64,000 nt of DNA, taken from IMG/VR virus record IMGVR_UViG_3300013121_000024, positions 1-64,000 of that record; one strand, written 5' to 3'. Source of the stretch: a virus (Duplodnaviria; Caudoviricetes). The notes under the pieces are model-generated. The model had not been told where the DNA came from, did no database searches, and worked only from the letters and a program-made list of their open reading frames with translations. Shown here one piece after another: positions 1-10,529 of the stretch. The stretch's first letter is position 1, and each line of letters begins with the position of its first letter. A program made the translations under genes and the position numbers.

Positions 1-543
1 AATGGTACCACCCAGGTAAGCGGAATTGTTGGCTGAAAGTGTGGCCACATTGGCGGCCAGGCCTGCCGTAGTCTGGTAACCACTGGCAATGGTACCACCT
101 AGATACAAAGCATTGTTTGACGTGCCGGAAAATGACGTAGCATTGATTATCGTGTTTACCACACTATTACCAACCCATACTTTAGAATTGGCTGCTATGA
201 CATTAGACGTTAAGTTAGCACTTACGGTCACTGTATTTCCGGATAGAGAATCGAAATTGCTTGTATTGATATAGAGAACACCAGATGTTATTACTAAGTT
301 GGATGTAAGCGTAACGTTGGATGATGCGGTTACGTTTCCTCCTCTTAAGGTATTTGCAAATAAGGTTGTGGACCCAAAAATACCCTGAACAATACCATTT
401 CCAGTGGAAACCGAGCCGCCAGCACTGGAATTTACAGTAACACATTCGGTAGAAATTGTGTCAATTGCGTTATTTACTACTTGAAATAGTTGTAAGAATG
501 TGTCACCACCGTCATAATCAAATGGTGTTAATACTTTGCTCAT
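1..543 (-). CDS. Tail fibre / virion structural protein, N-terminal part (runs off the window)
   Basis: Manual translation from ATG at 543: MSKVLTPFDYDGGDTFLQLFQVVNNAIDTIST..., open to position 1. N/S/T/G-rich, with a recurring NN(A/S)xYLGGTI motif. Lies downstream of the baseplate genes. Not in the ORF track because there is no stop in the window. Confidence 0.7.
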   Translation of the reverse strand, partial: MSKVLTPFDYDGGDTFLQLFQVVNNAIDTISTECVTVNSSAGGSVSTGNGIVQGIFGSTTLFANTLRGGNVTASSNVTLTSNLVITSGVLYINTSNFDSLSGNTVTVSANLTSNVIAANSKVWVGNSVVNTIINATSFSGTSNNALYLGGTIASGYQTTAGLAANVATLSANNSAYLGGTI

Positions 544-745
544 CTAGAAGACCTCTAATCTGGGTTTTTATTTTTTGTATTTCTTCCTTTAACTTTGCAA
601 TTTCTTTGCTCAGTCGGACAAGCTCTTTGTCTTTTTTCCGTTGCTCAACAAGCTTTTGAAATTCCTCGGCATTATTATTTAGGACCACACCAGTTGTGGT
701 ATTTTTGGTGAAACCATTTTTTACATTATTTATGTAATCTATCAT
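518..745 (-). CDS. Small coiled-coil virion-associated protein
   Basis: 75 aa with a TGVVLN motif followed by a heptad K/E/L tail. This type of small gene typically follows DUF4815-type genes in T4-like phages. Confidence 0.6.
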   Translation of the reverse strand: MIDYINNVKNGFTKNTTTGVVLNNNAEEFQKLVEQRKKDKELVRLSKEIAKLKEEIQKIKTQIRGLLDEQSINTI

Positions 746-762
746 TTAGATGATTCCTTGAA

Positions 763-3297
763 TTATGCTGAAACAGCAATAGCTCTACAGTCACCTATTT
801 TAGGCACCGTGATCTCACTCGGAGACAGCATTACCAGTTTAAGTTGAAATGAATTGAATCCATCGAATTCCACCATTGATGAATTGTAATACCTGGCAAC
901 ATTATCAGTGGTAATATTGTTGAATATTTGATATGGATATGCTATTCTGTCTATTTTTAATCCTGAACCGGTTACACTCACATTTGTTATAGGCTCCGTA
1001 AGTACTATTTCTCCATCGTTTGTTATGCTGTCTACTACTCCTATTACATAATTTGTATTAGCAAATAGTGGTGAGTAAACTTTTACCAAATCATTTGTTG
1101 ATAGATCGCTGGTAAATGTGGTATTAACGCCTACAATAGTTGCATTATCAACTTCTGTTGTTATCATTCCATCTAATTCCAGTGCCGTGTTCGGATAGGC
1201 CGAAAAGTTATAGGTGAGTTCCACCAAATCACCTTGGTTGGTGGGGTTGGAATATACACCTATTCCATCGACCTGTTCCAGCAATGTCCAGTCTTTATCA
1301 TCAAAAGATTCCGGATCTTGCGAATTGTGGGCCCTCACATATACTTTGATATCTGTATTTGGAGGCCGGAAAGCTGTCAGGTATACCATGATATCCTCGG
1401 CCTTCTGGTCTTGTGACAATTCGACCTTTGTGGTGATGTGCTTGGCAATTGCATTTCCGTAATTGGTGTGTTCATTGGTATAGTCATTATTGATGTTATA
1501 TTTTGCAAAATAAGAAGAAATACCATATTGTCCAATATCGGCAAACGTGAAGGAGTTGTTGGAAGTTGCTAATATATTGAAGGTGGCCACATTTGAATCA
1601 TATGTACCAAGTACCGAGGTGTTTGGAATAGAACCATTAGCATAGCAAATTACGAATTGATTAGACCTGGATACTATTACAGGTGTGTTTCCGTTAAGGT
1701 ATTCAGTGTTTTGGTTGGTCATGTTGATTGGTGTGGCCTGTGCGGTCTCGTCTACTAGGTATTTTTTGCCGGATACAGTGTTGAGTGAATTTTCCACAGT
1801 GTACATTGTTGTAAAATTCACCGTATAAGTAACACCCGTTGGATTATCCAGTTGTATCAATGGGGTAACCTGAGCAACATCCATATTGATTATTGTAGTA
1901 TTAGAAAAATAGATATTTCCATGACCAAATTCGGTTAACAATTTACTTCCTACTGTGAATTCAATGTTGGCCGTGGTTCCGGAGCTAGGATTTCCTGTGT
2001 TTGCTTTAATGTTATATGTAAGTCCATCCACAAAACCGCATCCGGTATTTGAGAAAAAGACATTGGTAATTACACCCGATCCATCAGTTTTTATATTCGC
2101 ATATGCAGCATAACCTCCAAGAACTTCATTTGTCACATTTTCAAATCCCGTGATTTCGATATAGTCAGTATTTGCATAACCGGTTCCACCAGACACGATG
2201 TTGCTGGTCATGGAGATTGCATCGTTAACAAACCTCACCTCGGAATTAGCATTTGAATCACCTAGGATAAGTAAGTCTGTTATCACACCATCATGGGCTG
2301 TGTTTGCACGGGTCATAACTCTGGCCACAGGTGATTTGTAAAATGTGGCCACAGCATTAGTAAAGTTTATGGCTTCATCTACCTTCAGAACATTATTGGC
2401 CGCATAATAGTTAAGTACTTTTCTTACAGCATATTTGTGCTTTCCTGCTCCAGAGTGGTTTTTGGAAACAACTACAATATATTCTGGTTGTGTGGAGACA
2501 TTGAATAGGTGTCTCCAGTTAAAGTTTGATCCATTTGCCTCCAGAAAATTGGAATTGCCTGTAATAAACAAGGAATTGTTTGATACAGCACACGTACATT
2601 TAGTTTTTTCATTCGGATAACTAGGTCTATCCTCAAAAACATAATCTCCGTATAGCAAATCGGTTGTTGATGATGTTTTCCTGTCATACTTCACAAATTC
2701 CATAGGCAATGCCTGTGCTATAACAGATAAAACCTGTGGAACTTCTGGATCCACAAACACATCAATTGCTTTGAAAGAAAACATTAAGTCGGTATCAGGA
2801 AGAGGTTTCCAGTTGGATTCGTTGTAATCAGTCACATTTGCGGAATTAACATAATTAAACAGGTTTCCCGTTATTTTAGGACATTTTGTTGTAGTACCTA
2901 TTAAGTTGTCTCCTGTGTGTGCTGTCCAGGGAATAAAATCTTCATCTCCATCATATTTGATAATAAGTGCATACCATTTTCCCGAATCCAATCTAGGTCC
3001 AGTGGTCCAAGTAAAAGTGGTTTTTAAACTAGCATCACCTGATGTGTTGATGTTGGAATATTCCGTTCGTGCTATATTTGGAGATATTCTTGTTGTTCCG
3101 ACATACTTGGAAAGGTCGGGCACACCATTAACAACATCGGTAATAAACAATTCAACACCAGGAGCATGTATTCCAGATTTATTTCCGTCAATTTTTGGTT
3201 TGGCTCGGAAATATAAATCAACGGAATCAACATTTACCTTTGTTGCACCTTCTAGTCTATCAGGATCAATGTAAATTAGTCTGGCTAGGTTAAACAC
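763..3297 (-). CDS. Baseplate-associated structural protein (C-terminal half of DUF4815/VrlC-type protein)
   Basis: 844 aa. Has SVDLYFRAKP, DLMF and KHITTKVEL...IKVY...FQLKLVM...P.I.D.RAIA motifs typical of the C-terminus of T4-like DUF4815 proteins. Confidence 0.65.
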   Translation of the reverse strand: MFNLARLIYIDPDRLEGATKVNVDSVDLYFRAKPKIDGNKSGIHAPGVELFITDVVNGVPDLSKYVGTTRISPNIARTEYSNINTSGDASLKTTFTWTTGPRLDSGKWYALIIKYDGDEDFIPWTAHTGDNLIGTTTKCPKITGNLFNYVNSANVTDYNESNWKPLPDTDLMFSFKAIDVFVDPEVPQVLSVIAQALPMEFVKYDRKTSSTTDLLYGDYVFEDRPSYPNEKTKCTCAVSNNSLFITGNSNFLEANGSNFNWRHLFNVSTQPEYIVVVSKNHSGAGKHKYAVRKVLNYYAANNVLKVDEAINFTNAVATFYKSPVARVMTRANTAHDGVITDLLILGDSNANSEVRFVNDAISMTSNIVSGGTGYANTDYIEITGFENVTNEVLGGYAAYANIKTDGSGVITNVFFSNTGCGFVDGLTYNIKANTGNPSSGTTANIEFTVGSKLLTEFGHGNIYFSNTTIINMDVAQVTPLIQLDNPTGVTYTVNFTTMYTVENSLNTVSGKKYLVDETAQATPINMTNQNTEYLNGNTPVIVSRSNQFVICYANGSIPNTSVLGTYDSNVATFNILATSNNSFTFADIGQYGISSYFAKYNINNDYTNEHTNYGNAIAKHITTKVELSQDQKAEDIMVYLTAFRPPNTDIKVYVRAHNSQDPESFDDKDWTLLEQVDGIGVYSNPTNQGDLVELTYNFSAYPNTALELDGMITTEVDNATIVGVNTTFTSDLSTNDLVKVYSPLFANTNYVIGVVDSITNDGEIVLTEPITNVSVTGSGLKIDRIAYPYQIFNNITTDNVARYYNSSMVEFDGFNSFQLKLVMLSPSEITVPKIGDCRAIAVSA

Positions 3298-3311
3298 TCT
3301 GTTAGTATCCT

Positions 3312-6300
3312 TTAGATGTTATCAAAAAATAGTGATGATGAGGCCTTACATGAAGATCCAGCGGTTTTTAACTCTAGTGTGACAAGAGGATCATAACTGG
3401 ACTTGAATGTATTGTTTGAAGAAAATTCTGGTATAGTCAAAGATGAATAACCACGTGATATTAACATGTTAACATTTACAGTATTATTCCTGGTTACATT
3501 TAATCCAGAAGTATTCATGGAATCTGGATAATACACCTCAAAGTTGACCTTTCCGTCTGGTCCGGTAATGATGGAATCACCGAAATTTCCTCCTACTGGT
3601 CTTACCTGTTTATTTATAACGTTAGTATTGTTGATGCCGTTAATGAACAATAAGTGTTTGGAAGATGGTTTTAGACCTGAACAACTAACCGTGACATAAT
3701 CATACTGTTTAAGGGATGGCACGGCAGATATTGAAAAGTTGGTGCTGATTTGCATTGTTCCGTTATAATTAGTTGTCGTTGCTGCTCCACAAGGGTCTAC
3801 CACTATACCTGTATTAGAGGTTGTTGCCACCGGAAGTACTAGTAGCCACACAAAATCTACCCCACTTATAAAGGCCGGCATACCACCGTCGCCACCTGCG
3901 GGAGAGCTATTGGCATATGGATCATCAGCCGAGGTGGTTGTAATGATTAATGTTTTTCCCTTGCTTGGATCAAATGTGAAGTCTATTTCTCCTACTCCAG
4001 AAACCCAACCTTGACCAAGTGCTATAAAATCATCAGCCAAAAAGTTAGAAAGTGTGCCGGCCGCTACTGAATTAGCAATCCATTGTTGTCCATTGGCTAG
4101 TCCGTTTGTTTTAAAGAAATTCTGTTGGGTTACAGTGGCACCAACAGAACTTGCTAATGTCATGAAATCGGCTGCATAAGGATTTGAAGCCAAGAATATG
4201 AATTCATTGTTGGTTATTGCCCTTGAGTTGGCCGAAGTTACAATCGGAGTTAAAGTGCTAATGTTGAAGCTGGCTCCAACAGGGGCAACTAAATCTCCTG
4301 GATGACCATACAGACTTATACTATCCAATGTCCGTATAGAAGAATTTGTTGTCTGTCTGACGGCGAAATATGGATCTACCGAAACAAATCTCTTTTCCCT
4401 ATCTCTGGTAGCCCAAAATAGTTTTGCAGGTCCGGCCACGGCCGCATCAACACCAAAGGCAATGTCATCTGTGGCTGTTACAGAATGGCTTAAAACACCC
4501 CAGTTTGATAGACTTACCGTGCCAGACCGATAGAAGTAAGCATTTGAGTAACCACCACCAGATGTATTCGAGTATACAACCTGTAATTCGGTGTTACATA
4601 CTACCGGTATGTCCGTGGCATTTCTTTGTGTCGCTATAGTATAAGACTTTCTAGATCCAACTGTTGTATTATCTCTATCGATAGTAAAATTGTGTGGAAT
4701 ACCAAAAACAAATTTAGGTGGAGCTATAAGGTTATTAGCTTGAACAGAAATTGTGTTGCTTGTCAATGATTGGTAATTTACTATTTGACTCGCTGTTTCC
4801 AAAGAGGCGGCATACTGAGGATTTTTCAATTCTGAATATAATGTGGATGAAAAATCGTCCACAAAAAATCCAAATTTGAATCGATTTACTGAATTATCTA
4901 TCGATGAAGGAATAACTTTATTTGTTATCGATGTCTCCAAAAGGGTGAGACCATTGTAATATTCCAACACTTTCAAACGACGTTCAAGCTGGGATATTTC
5001 AGACATAGTATAAGCTTTTGGTTGTTCAATTGCCACATTATTAGCATTAAGTGTGGTGTGAATTCTATGATCTTTTATTCTTTGTCCAAGTATTACCTCA
5101 TTGACAATTCTCGTATTGACAACATCATTAACAGCCTGTGAAATATTTTCTGTGATATTAGGATATGGGGGAACTACAATTGTCTGTAGTTTGAGAGCGT
5201 CCGTTGGTACTGCCGCTTCTCTCCTGTATACAGGGTCCGCGGAATAAGTTCCTTCTATTACGTCTGCATATCCATCACCACCGATAATAACGGTGTCCAA
5301 ACGTCCCATGTAATGTTCGATATCCGACCTGCAAATTGTTCCTGGAAGAGGGAATTTCTTACTGTTAGCAGGATCAGCAGTATTACCAAATGACAGTGTT
5401 GAACCTGGATTGATTGGTGCACCAGCAACCGTTATTGATGGGGCCACAGTATTGGCGGCCGCCGGCCGGAAGTCAAAGCAATTTAACATGTCATAGTATT
5501 TTCCTGTCTTGGTGTGCATTTCTGGCACTTCCCAAGAACAGGCTGAGGTTGTCAAATCATCCACAGCAAGTGAATCCAAAGTTGAAATTTGTTCGGCATT
5601 GGAAGTCCCAAGATAGGATGTGGTGTCAAAATATCCGTCATCAGACCTGACCATATAATCAAATTCTACCAACAGGTAATCTGTGGATTCCAGTGTCAGT
5701 CCAGATTTTGGATGCTTGTATAGATAAGACAGTCCAAGGTAATCCACCGTCTGGTTGTTATCAATATAGAAATCGGATGCAACAGAAGTGGAATCAACAT
5801 TTACAGTGCTCGTTCCTATATACACGTTTTTTAGTCGGATTGCATCAGGAACACCAAGGCACCATGGGCCTACAGTATTGGCCGCGGCATTGGACAATCG
5901 TAATTTTACATATCTATTTCTATTGGCAGTTTTGCTGGTAGAACTAATATTTGTCCTTTCAATATTTACGCCGACAAGTGTATTGGCGGAAGTAGTACCG
6001 GCAAATGTTGTACCAAAGTTTACTGTGAGTATATTACCGCCTGCATCCACATTAGCCGAAAGTCCGGATCTGGTTCCGAAAGGAACAGGCACATTCTTTG
6101 GGAATGTCCTAAAGAGATTGGTGGAAGTATTAGCAAAGGAACAATTGGAGTCCAGGGTAAGGAATGTATTGTTTACAACAGACACAACCTTTTTTATGGC
6201 ATTGGCCGAGGCATTTGGGGACAGTGTGATATAATCTCCTGCCTTTAGGTCATTAATGAACGTTGTTCCTGAACCAATTACGTTAATAGACGTGGTGTTG

Positions 6301-8513
6301 CAAGACGCAGCACCGGTTAATGATGTGTATGCGACCAGGTCCCGGGACACCGGAACGATGTACAATTCTTTAAGTTGTGTGCTGCTTAGTGTTCCAGAGT
6401 ATGGATAGAATTCATCCGGCGAAGACACTATTGATTTGGTCAGGATTCCATTGTTTCCGGTTGCCGTTGTCTGATCAATCGTTCTATACGTATATGTTGT
6501 ATTATTAGAATTTCGGATAGATTCGAATCTGGTAGGAAATACCAGTGCGTCATTCTGTGCTCCATATAGGATGGCCACATTAGATCCAGTTGTGGCATCT
6601 GTTTCCAGAACCACATCGGCTATGCCTTTATATGCAGTTCCATCATAGTACACACTCTTTGCATTTTTGAAATTCTTACCTGGGCGTGTAGAAATATCAA
6701 ACAAGTATAGTTTGTAAATGGCCGTTGGATCTCCAGGTGTTCCATTTTCTAGTACCATGGAACGAATTCTTGCCGTTCCTATTTGTGATCCAGGAGGTGT
6801 TGTATTGGCCGTTGTGATGTAAGTTGTGTTAGATAAGAATCCTTTAGCGGTGTCATATAGTTTTACTGTGTCTCCTGTAGAAAACTGGAACAGACCGCCA
6901 GCTTCCGAGATGCGGATATATTTATCGTAGTTTATTGAGATTTTTTGATTGTTGGAAATTTTGGTATCTGTACCCTTGTTAAGGTCAAATCGATAATTGG
7001 CGAGCGTTTTTACTCGATATCCATCGATATAAGCACTACCAGGGTCAATTATAACTGAGTATGATTGACTTTCCATTTCAGCATTTGTTACCGAGTCTGT
7101 AGTTACCAAGAATGGATCCAAAACGAAGTTGCCGCTTGCATCTTTGGTTCTGGTGGCCATTTCATCCCCAATCTTTGAATAATTGGTGACTTGGTTGACC
7201 TTATATGGATTGCCTTGATTCCACTCCACAAGAGGCAAGAACTCGGTGTTAGATTGAGCCACATCGGTATTAACTGTGTATAGGGTTGGAATTAGCTGTA
7301 AACGATCTGCACCATATGCATACCTGTTATCTGTTTCTAGAACATTATCAAGCAAGTCTGGGTCGATGGCGGCACTTATTATTTTTTCTTCAGTGGTAAA
7401 TCCCACAGAAATATTATTCGGGGTCTGTGAATATTTGGAAACAACCACAGTTTGTGGTTCCACCCTGATGAAGTATCCTTTTTGGTATATTACTCCTTCT
7501 CCTATAGAAAAAGCATATCCATTTCCAACTGAATCCCCAGAACCAGGAATATTTACCTTGGTGAGATAGTTTCTACCAGTGAGACTTAGGGTTCCTAATC
7601 CAGAAAGGTTGTCTATAGACCTTACGGTTACGTGTGGTACTATTGAATATCCTGCTCCTGAATAATTCAATATTGTACTGGTTATTCTACCAGATGCATC
7701 GGTTTGTATTCTACCAACGGCTCCAGTACCATACTGTTTTACCACGGTTCCGATTACAGTGTTGCCAATGTTATGTATAACGTCTAGTGTATTGACTGTC
7801 CATGTTGTGGAATCAACATCTCCATTGGCCAGATCGGCTGTTCTTGGAGCTAGTTTCAATATTACAAGATTGTCCGAATCGGTGGTCTCCACCCCTATAA
7901 TTTGTACGTTAGATCCTGTATCTTCACAAGTAATGTATTCTCCGTTAGTGAAAGTTCCAGACTCCACACGAATCATTACAGCACTGGTGAATACCATGGA
8001 ATCTGTATTAGAAAATCCAGTTCCTCTGTTATTTACCGTGATGCCAAAAAGTCCATTATTTCCATATTTGATTTCCAGAACATCTCCGGGAGTGAAAGAC
8101 TCGGCTGTCAAATCATCACCAGCATTGGTGTATTTAATGTACAGTGTTTTTAAATCTGGACTGGTTGATTCATAACCTTCCACGGAATCAACAATGTAAG
8201 CTTTGAGTCCGTTAGAATCCACCGCAAACAGGCCTTCCATTTGAGTTGGATTTACAGTGGAACCCGTATCCGACACATCAGAAATCTTCACATAAGGATA
8301 AGAATTGTGATATACAAAGTTACATCCGTCAATCACAGTTCCTTTTTTGAAGATATTATCACCAAATTTTTCTATTTGGTTTTGTAGTATGGTCTGGAAT
8401 TCGTTTAACTCGCCTACTTGTACGCTTGTCGTCGGCTTAAAGAGTACTTTATGGTACCCCTTTGTTGCGTCGAATCTGTCATAGTATGGACCATTTGGTG
8501 TTAGTACTGGCAT
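3312..8513 (-). CDS. Large DUF4815/VrlC-like baseplate structural protein
   Basis: 1733 aa. N-terminal PYYDRFD..KGYHKVLFKP..VQ..ELNE.Q.ILQNQIEKFG and later YTM.EI..LERR...LEYY..L.LLE, RFK.GFFVDDF motifs. Follows gp8. Confidence 0.8.
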   Translation of the reverse strand: MPVLTPNGPYYDRFDATKGYHKVLFKPTTSVQVGELNEFQTILQNQIEKFGDNIFKKGTVIDGCNFVYHNSYPYVKISDVSDTGSTVNPTQMEGLFAVDSNGLKAYIVDSVEGYESTSPDLKTLYIKYTNAGDDLTAESFTPGDVLEIKYGNNGLFGITVNNRGTGFSNTDSMVFTSAVMIRVESGTFTNGEYITCEDTGSNVQIIGVETTDSDNLVILKLAPRTADLANGDVDSTTWTVNTLDVIHNIGNTVIGTVVKQYGTGAVGRIQTDASGRITSTILNYSGAGYSIVPHVTVRSIDNLSGLGTLSLTGRNYLTKVNIPGSGDSVGNGYAFSIGEGVIYQKGYFIRVEPQTVVVSKYSQTPNNISVGFTTEEKIISAAIDPDLLDNVLETDNRYAYGADRLQLIPTLYTVNTDVAQSNTEFLPLVEWNQGNPYKVNQVTNYSKIGDEMATRTKDASGNFVLDPFLVTTDSVTNAEMESQSYSVIIDPGSAYIDGYRVKTLANYRFDLNKGTDTKISNNQKISINYDKYIRISEAGGLFQFSTGDTVKLYDTAKGFLSNTTYITTANTTPPGSQIGTARIRSMVLENGTPGDPTAIYKLYLFDISTRPGKNFKNAKSVYYDGTAYKGIADVVLETDATTGSNVAILYGAQNDALVFPTRFESIRNSNNTTYTYRTIDQTTATGNNGILTKSIVSSPDEFYPYSGTLSSTQLKELYIVPVSRDLVAYTSLTGAASCNTTSINVIGSGTTFINDLKAGDYITLSPNASANAIKKVVSVVNNTFLTLDSNCSFANTSTNLFRTFPKNVPVPFGTRSGLSANVDAGGNILTVNFGTTFAGTTSANTLVGVNIERTNISSTSKTANRNRYVKLRLSNAAANTVGPWCLGVPDAIRLKNVYIGTSTVNVDSTSVASDFYIDNNQTVDYLGLSYLYKHPKSGLTLESTDYLLVEFDYMVRSDDGYFDTTSYLGTSNAEQISTLDSLAVDDLTTSACSWEVPEMHTKTGKYYDMLNCFDFRPAAANTVAPSITVAGAPINPGSTLSFGNTADPANSKKFPLPGTICRSDIEHYMGRLDTVIIGGDGYADVIEGTYSADPVYRREAAVPTDALKLQTIVVPPYPNITENISQAVNDVVNTRIVNEVILGQRIKDHRIHTTLNANNVAIEQPKAYTMSEISQLERRLKVLEYYNGLTLLETSITNKVIPSSIDNSVNRFKFGFFVDDFSSTLYSELKNPQYAASLETASQIVNYQSLTSNTISVQANNLIAPPKFVFGIPHNFTIDRDNTTVGSRKSYTIATQRNATDIPVVCNTELQVVYSNTSGGGYSNAYFYRSGTVSLSNWGVLSHSVTATDDIAFGVDAAVAGPAKLFWATRDREKRFVSVDPYFAVRQTTNSSIRTLDSISLYGHPGDLVAPVGASFNISTLTPIVTSANSRAITNNEFIFLASNPYAADFMTLASSVGATVTQQNFFKTNGLANGQQWIANSVAAGTLSNFLADDFIALGQGWVSGVGEIDFTFDPSKGKTLIITTTSADDPYANSSPAGGDGGMPAFISGVDFVWLLVLPVATTSNTGIVVDPCGAATTTNYNGTMQISTNFSISAVPSLKQYDYVTVSCSGLKPSSKHLLFINGINNTNVINKQVRPVGGNFGDSIITGPDGKVNFEVYYPDSMNTSGLNVTRNNTVNVNMLISRGYSSLTIPEFSSNNTFKSSYDPLVTLELKTAGSSCKASSSLFFDNI

Positions 8514-8522
8514 GATTTTCCC

Positions 8523-10529
8523 TTAGTACGAAAAGAATAATTTGAAAGATTCTGTGTTATTAGTCCGATTAACGGGCTCAAAGTTGTTAAGATATAAAAT
8601 ATCTCCTGAGCCAAATTGGATGTCCGGTTTATAAGCATTATTTATCAATGCTTTATTTCCAGAAGTGCTTCCATCGATATCGTGGTTCTCATAAAATACG
8701 CCACTCTGTCTTGTTACATGTACATTGGATCCCTCTATGGACTGCACATATGCGGTGGCATTATTTGTGTTGTATTGGTACACTGTCTCATTTTCTTCAA
8801 AGGAGCCGCTGTACATGGATACATCATATTTATACATGGCAGAATATGTCTTGAAATCTTTCGGTATGTCAGACATGGATAAAGATTCGACGGTTCCAAT
8901 TGAACCGGAATCTATTCCTACCAGGAAATCACCTACACCAAAAGTTCCTCTGCAATCACCGAGGGTGAACACGTCTCCTGAAATTGATTGCACCACTGTT
9001 CCTTGGTATGTGGCATTGGCCAGGTATATTTTAGTATTAGATGAAGTTAGTCTAGAAACACTTGTTATGGTAAATTCTGAGGAATTGGTTATTGCATCAA
9101 CAACCCCCAATTGGTATTCGGGACTATCCGGATCTACCAGATATACATAATCACCAGAAGCTAATTGTTCATCAAATGCACTTGATGCTGTGCCAGTTAT
9201 TGTGTCGGATCCTACTGTACTAGTACAATTGGAATCCAGCTTTCTGGTAGAAACCTTGTAAACAGCTTCTCCTGTCGTGAATACTCCAAAATTGGTGTTA
9301 ACCGTCACTTCGGTATTGGAGAACAGTACATTTTTAATGACGCCAAGTTGTCGATAGGTATTCGTGGTGACTATGGTATTGGATTCACTGTTGGCCAGTT
9401 TTGCTGAAAGTATAACACCACGTGAACCAAGTTCGGCTGGAATATCAGATCCATGGCCTCCACTTGGTGAATATATCGGCCGCAATTCGGACCGTGTTAT
9501 TACTCCTACTACCGAATTGGTCACTACATTAGCTGACGCATATGTATAACCGGCACCTCGATCCAACATCTCTATTCTACATATTGAGTTTCCTGAACTT
9601 GCATTTATCACGGCCCTGGCTACTGCATTTATTGTCTGGTATCCATCTCCGTTGATATCCACACTAGGATAAATTTCATATGTGGAACCATTGGTTGGTG
9701 CGGTGGTAAACGCCTCGGTCAATTGGACATATTTTCCTGATTCTGTAACAAAGTAATCTAGTATTGTGGTATGGCCACCAGCACCGGTGCCTCCGGAAAT
9801 ATACATGCTGCAACCGGTATAGTATCCGTTGACGAAGGATGCTGTAGAATTGGTGATGGCGTAAATCGTTGGATCACCATTGATTTTTAGGTCGGCTTTT
9901 GCCAAGGTACCACGTAAGTAATTGTTGTATCCTCTTCCTGTGTTGGCAATTGCAATGATGTCTATGGCTCCTGGAACAGGCTCAACCGATTGCTCAATGT
10001 CGTAAATGAGTGGAAAATAATCGGTTGTACCAAATGTCGATACATGTCCGGAGGTTGTACTGTACATGTACCTCCACCTGTAGCCATCACTTGTCTTATA
10101 AATGTAGGTGTTGCTGCCGGAAATATCGGAATACTCGGGTTGTACAGTTGAGTTGGCACCAAAATTGTTGTCTAAACACTTGAACACGTGGAAATAAGCG
10201 CCCGAATCTACCTGTACATAGTAATCGGAAGTATCTAGATTTGAATCCGTGTCATCATACATGTCATAAACTGTATCTGATACGTATGGTATACGACGGA
10301 CGACCTCGGAAAAATTATTTGAGTAAAGTTTTTTTCCACAAATCATGTTCCTGTGGGGATCCAAGTGTGTATCATAATAGTTTAATGACATTTCTGGAAC
10401 TGTATTATCCAGTGGTGAATGATTGCCTATGAATAGGTAATACGTATTGGACCCGACTTCCACATCGGTCAACAAGGCTTGTGCCATGTTCTTGGAATAT
10501 GCAATTGTGGATAACGTGTTTGAACTCAT
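8523..10529 (-). CDS. gp8: Baseplate wedge subunit gp8
   Basis: YDMYDD, VFKCLDNN, TSDGYRWRYMY, GHGSD..AELG motifs and C-terminal SGDILYLNN..P..R. Order gp6-gp7-gp8. Confidence 0.85.
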   Translation of the reverse strand: MSSNTLSTIAYSKNMAQALLTDVEVGSNTYYLFIGNHSPLDNTVPEMSLNYYDTHLDPHRNMICGKKLYSNNFSEVVRRIPYVSDTVYDMYDDTDSNLDTSDYYVQVDSGAYFHVFKCLDNNFGANSTVQPEYSDISGSNTYIYKTSDGYRWRYMYSTTSGHVSTFGTTDYFPLIYDIEQSVEPVPGAIDIIAIANTGRGYNNYLRGTLAKADLKINGDPTIYAITNSTASFVNGYYTGCSMYISGGTGAGGHTTILDYFVTESGKYVQLTEAFTTAPTNGSTYEIYPSVDINGDGYQTINAVARAVINASSGNSICRIEMLDRGAGYTYASANVVTNSVVGVITRSELRPIYSPSGGHGSDIPAELGSRGVILSAKLANSESNTIVTTNTYRQLGVIKNVLFSNTEVTVNTNFGVFTTGEAVYKVSTRKLDSNCTSTVGSDTITGTASSAFDEQLASGDYVYLVDPDSPEYQLGVVDAITNSSEFTITSVSRLTSSNTKIYLANATYQGTVVQSISGDVFTLGDCRGTFGVGDFLVGIDSGSIGTVESLSMSDIPKDFKTYSAMYKYDVSMYSGSFEENETVYQYNTNNATAYVQSIEGSNVHVTRQSGVFYENHDIDGSTSGNKALINNAYKPDIQFGSGDILYLNNFEPVNRTNNTESFKLFFSY

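Noticed and set aside
215-445. 76-aa minus-strand ORF from the track
   Set aside because: Out-of-frame overlap with the longer open frame 543 to <1 that encodes the fibre-like protein.
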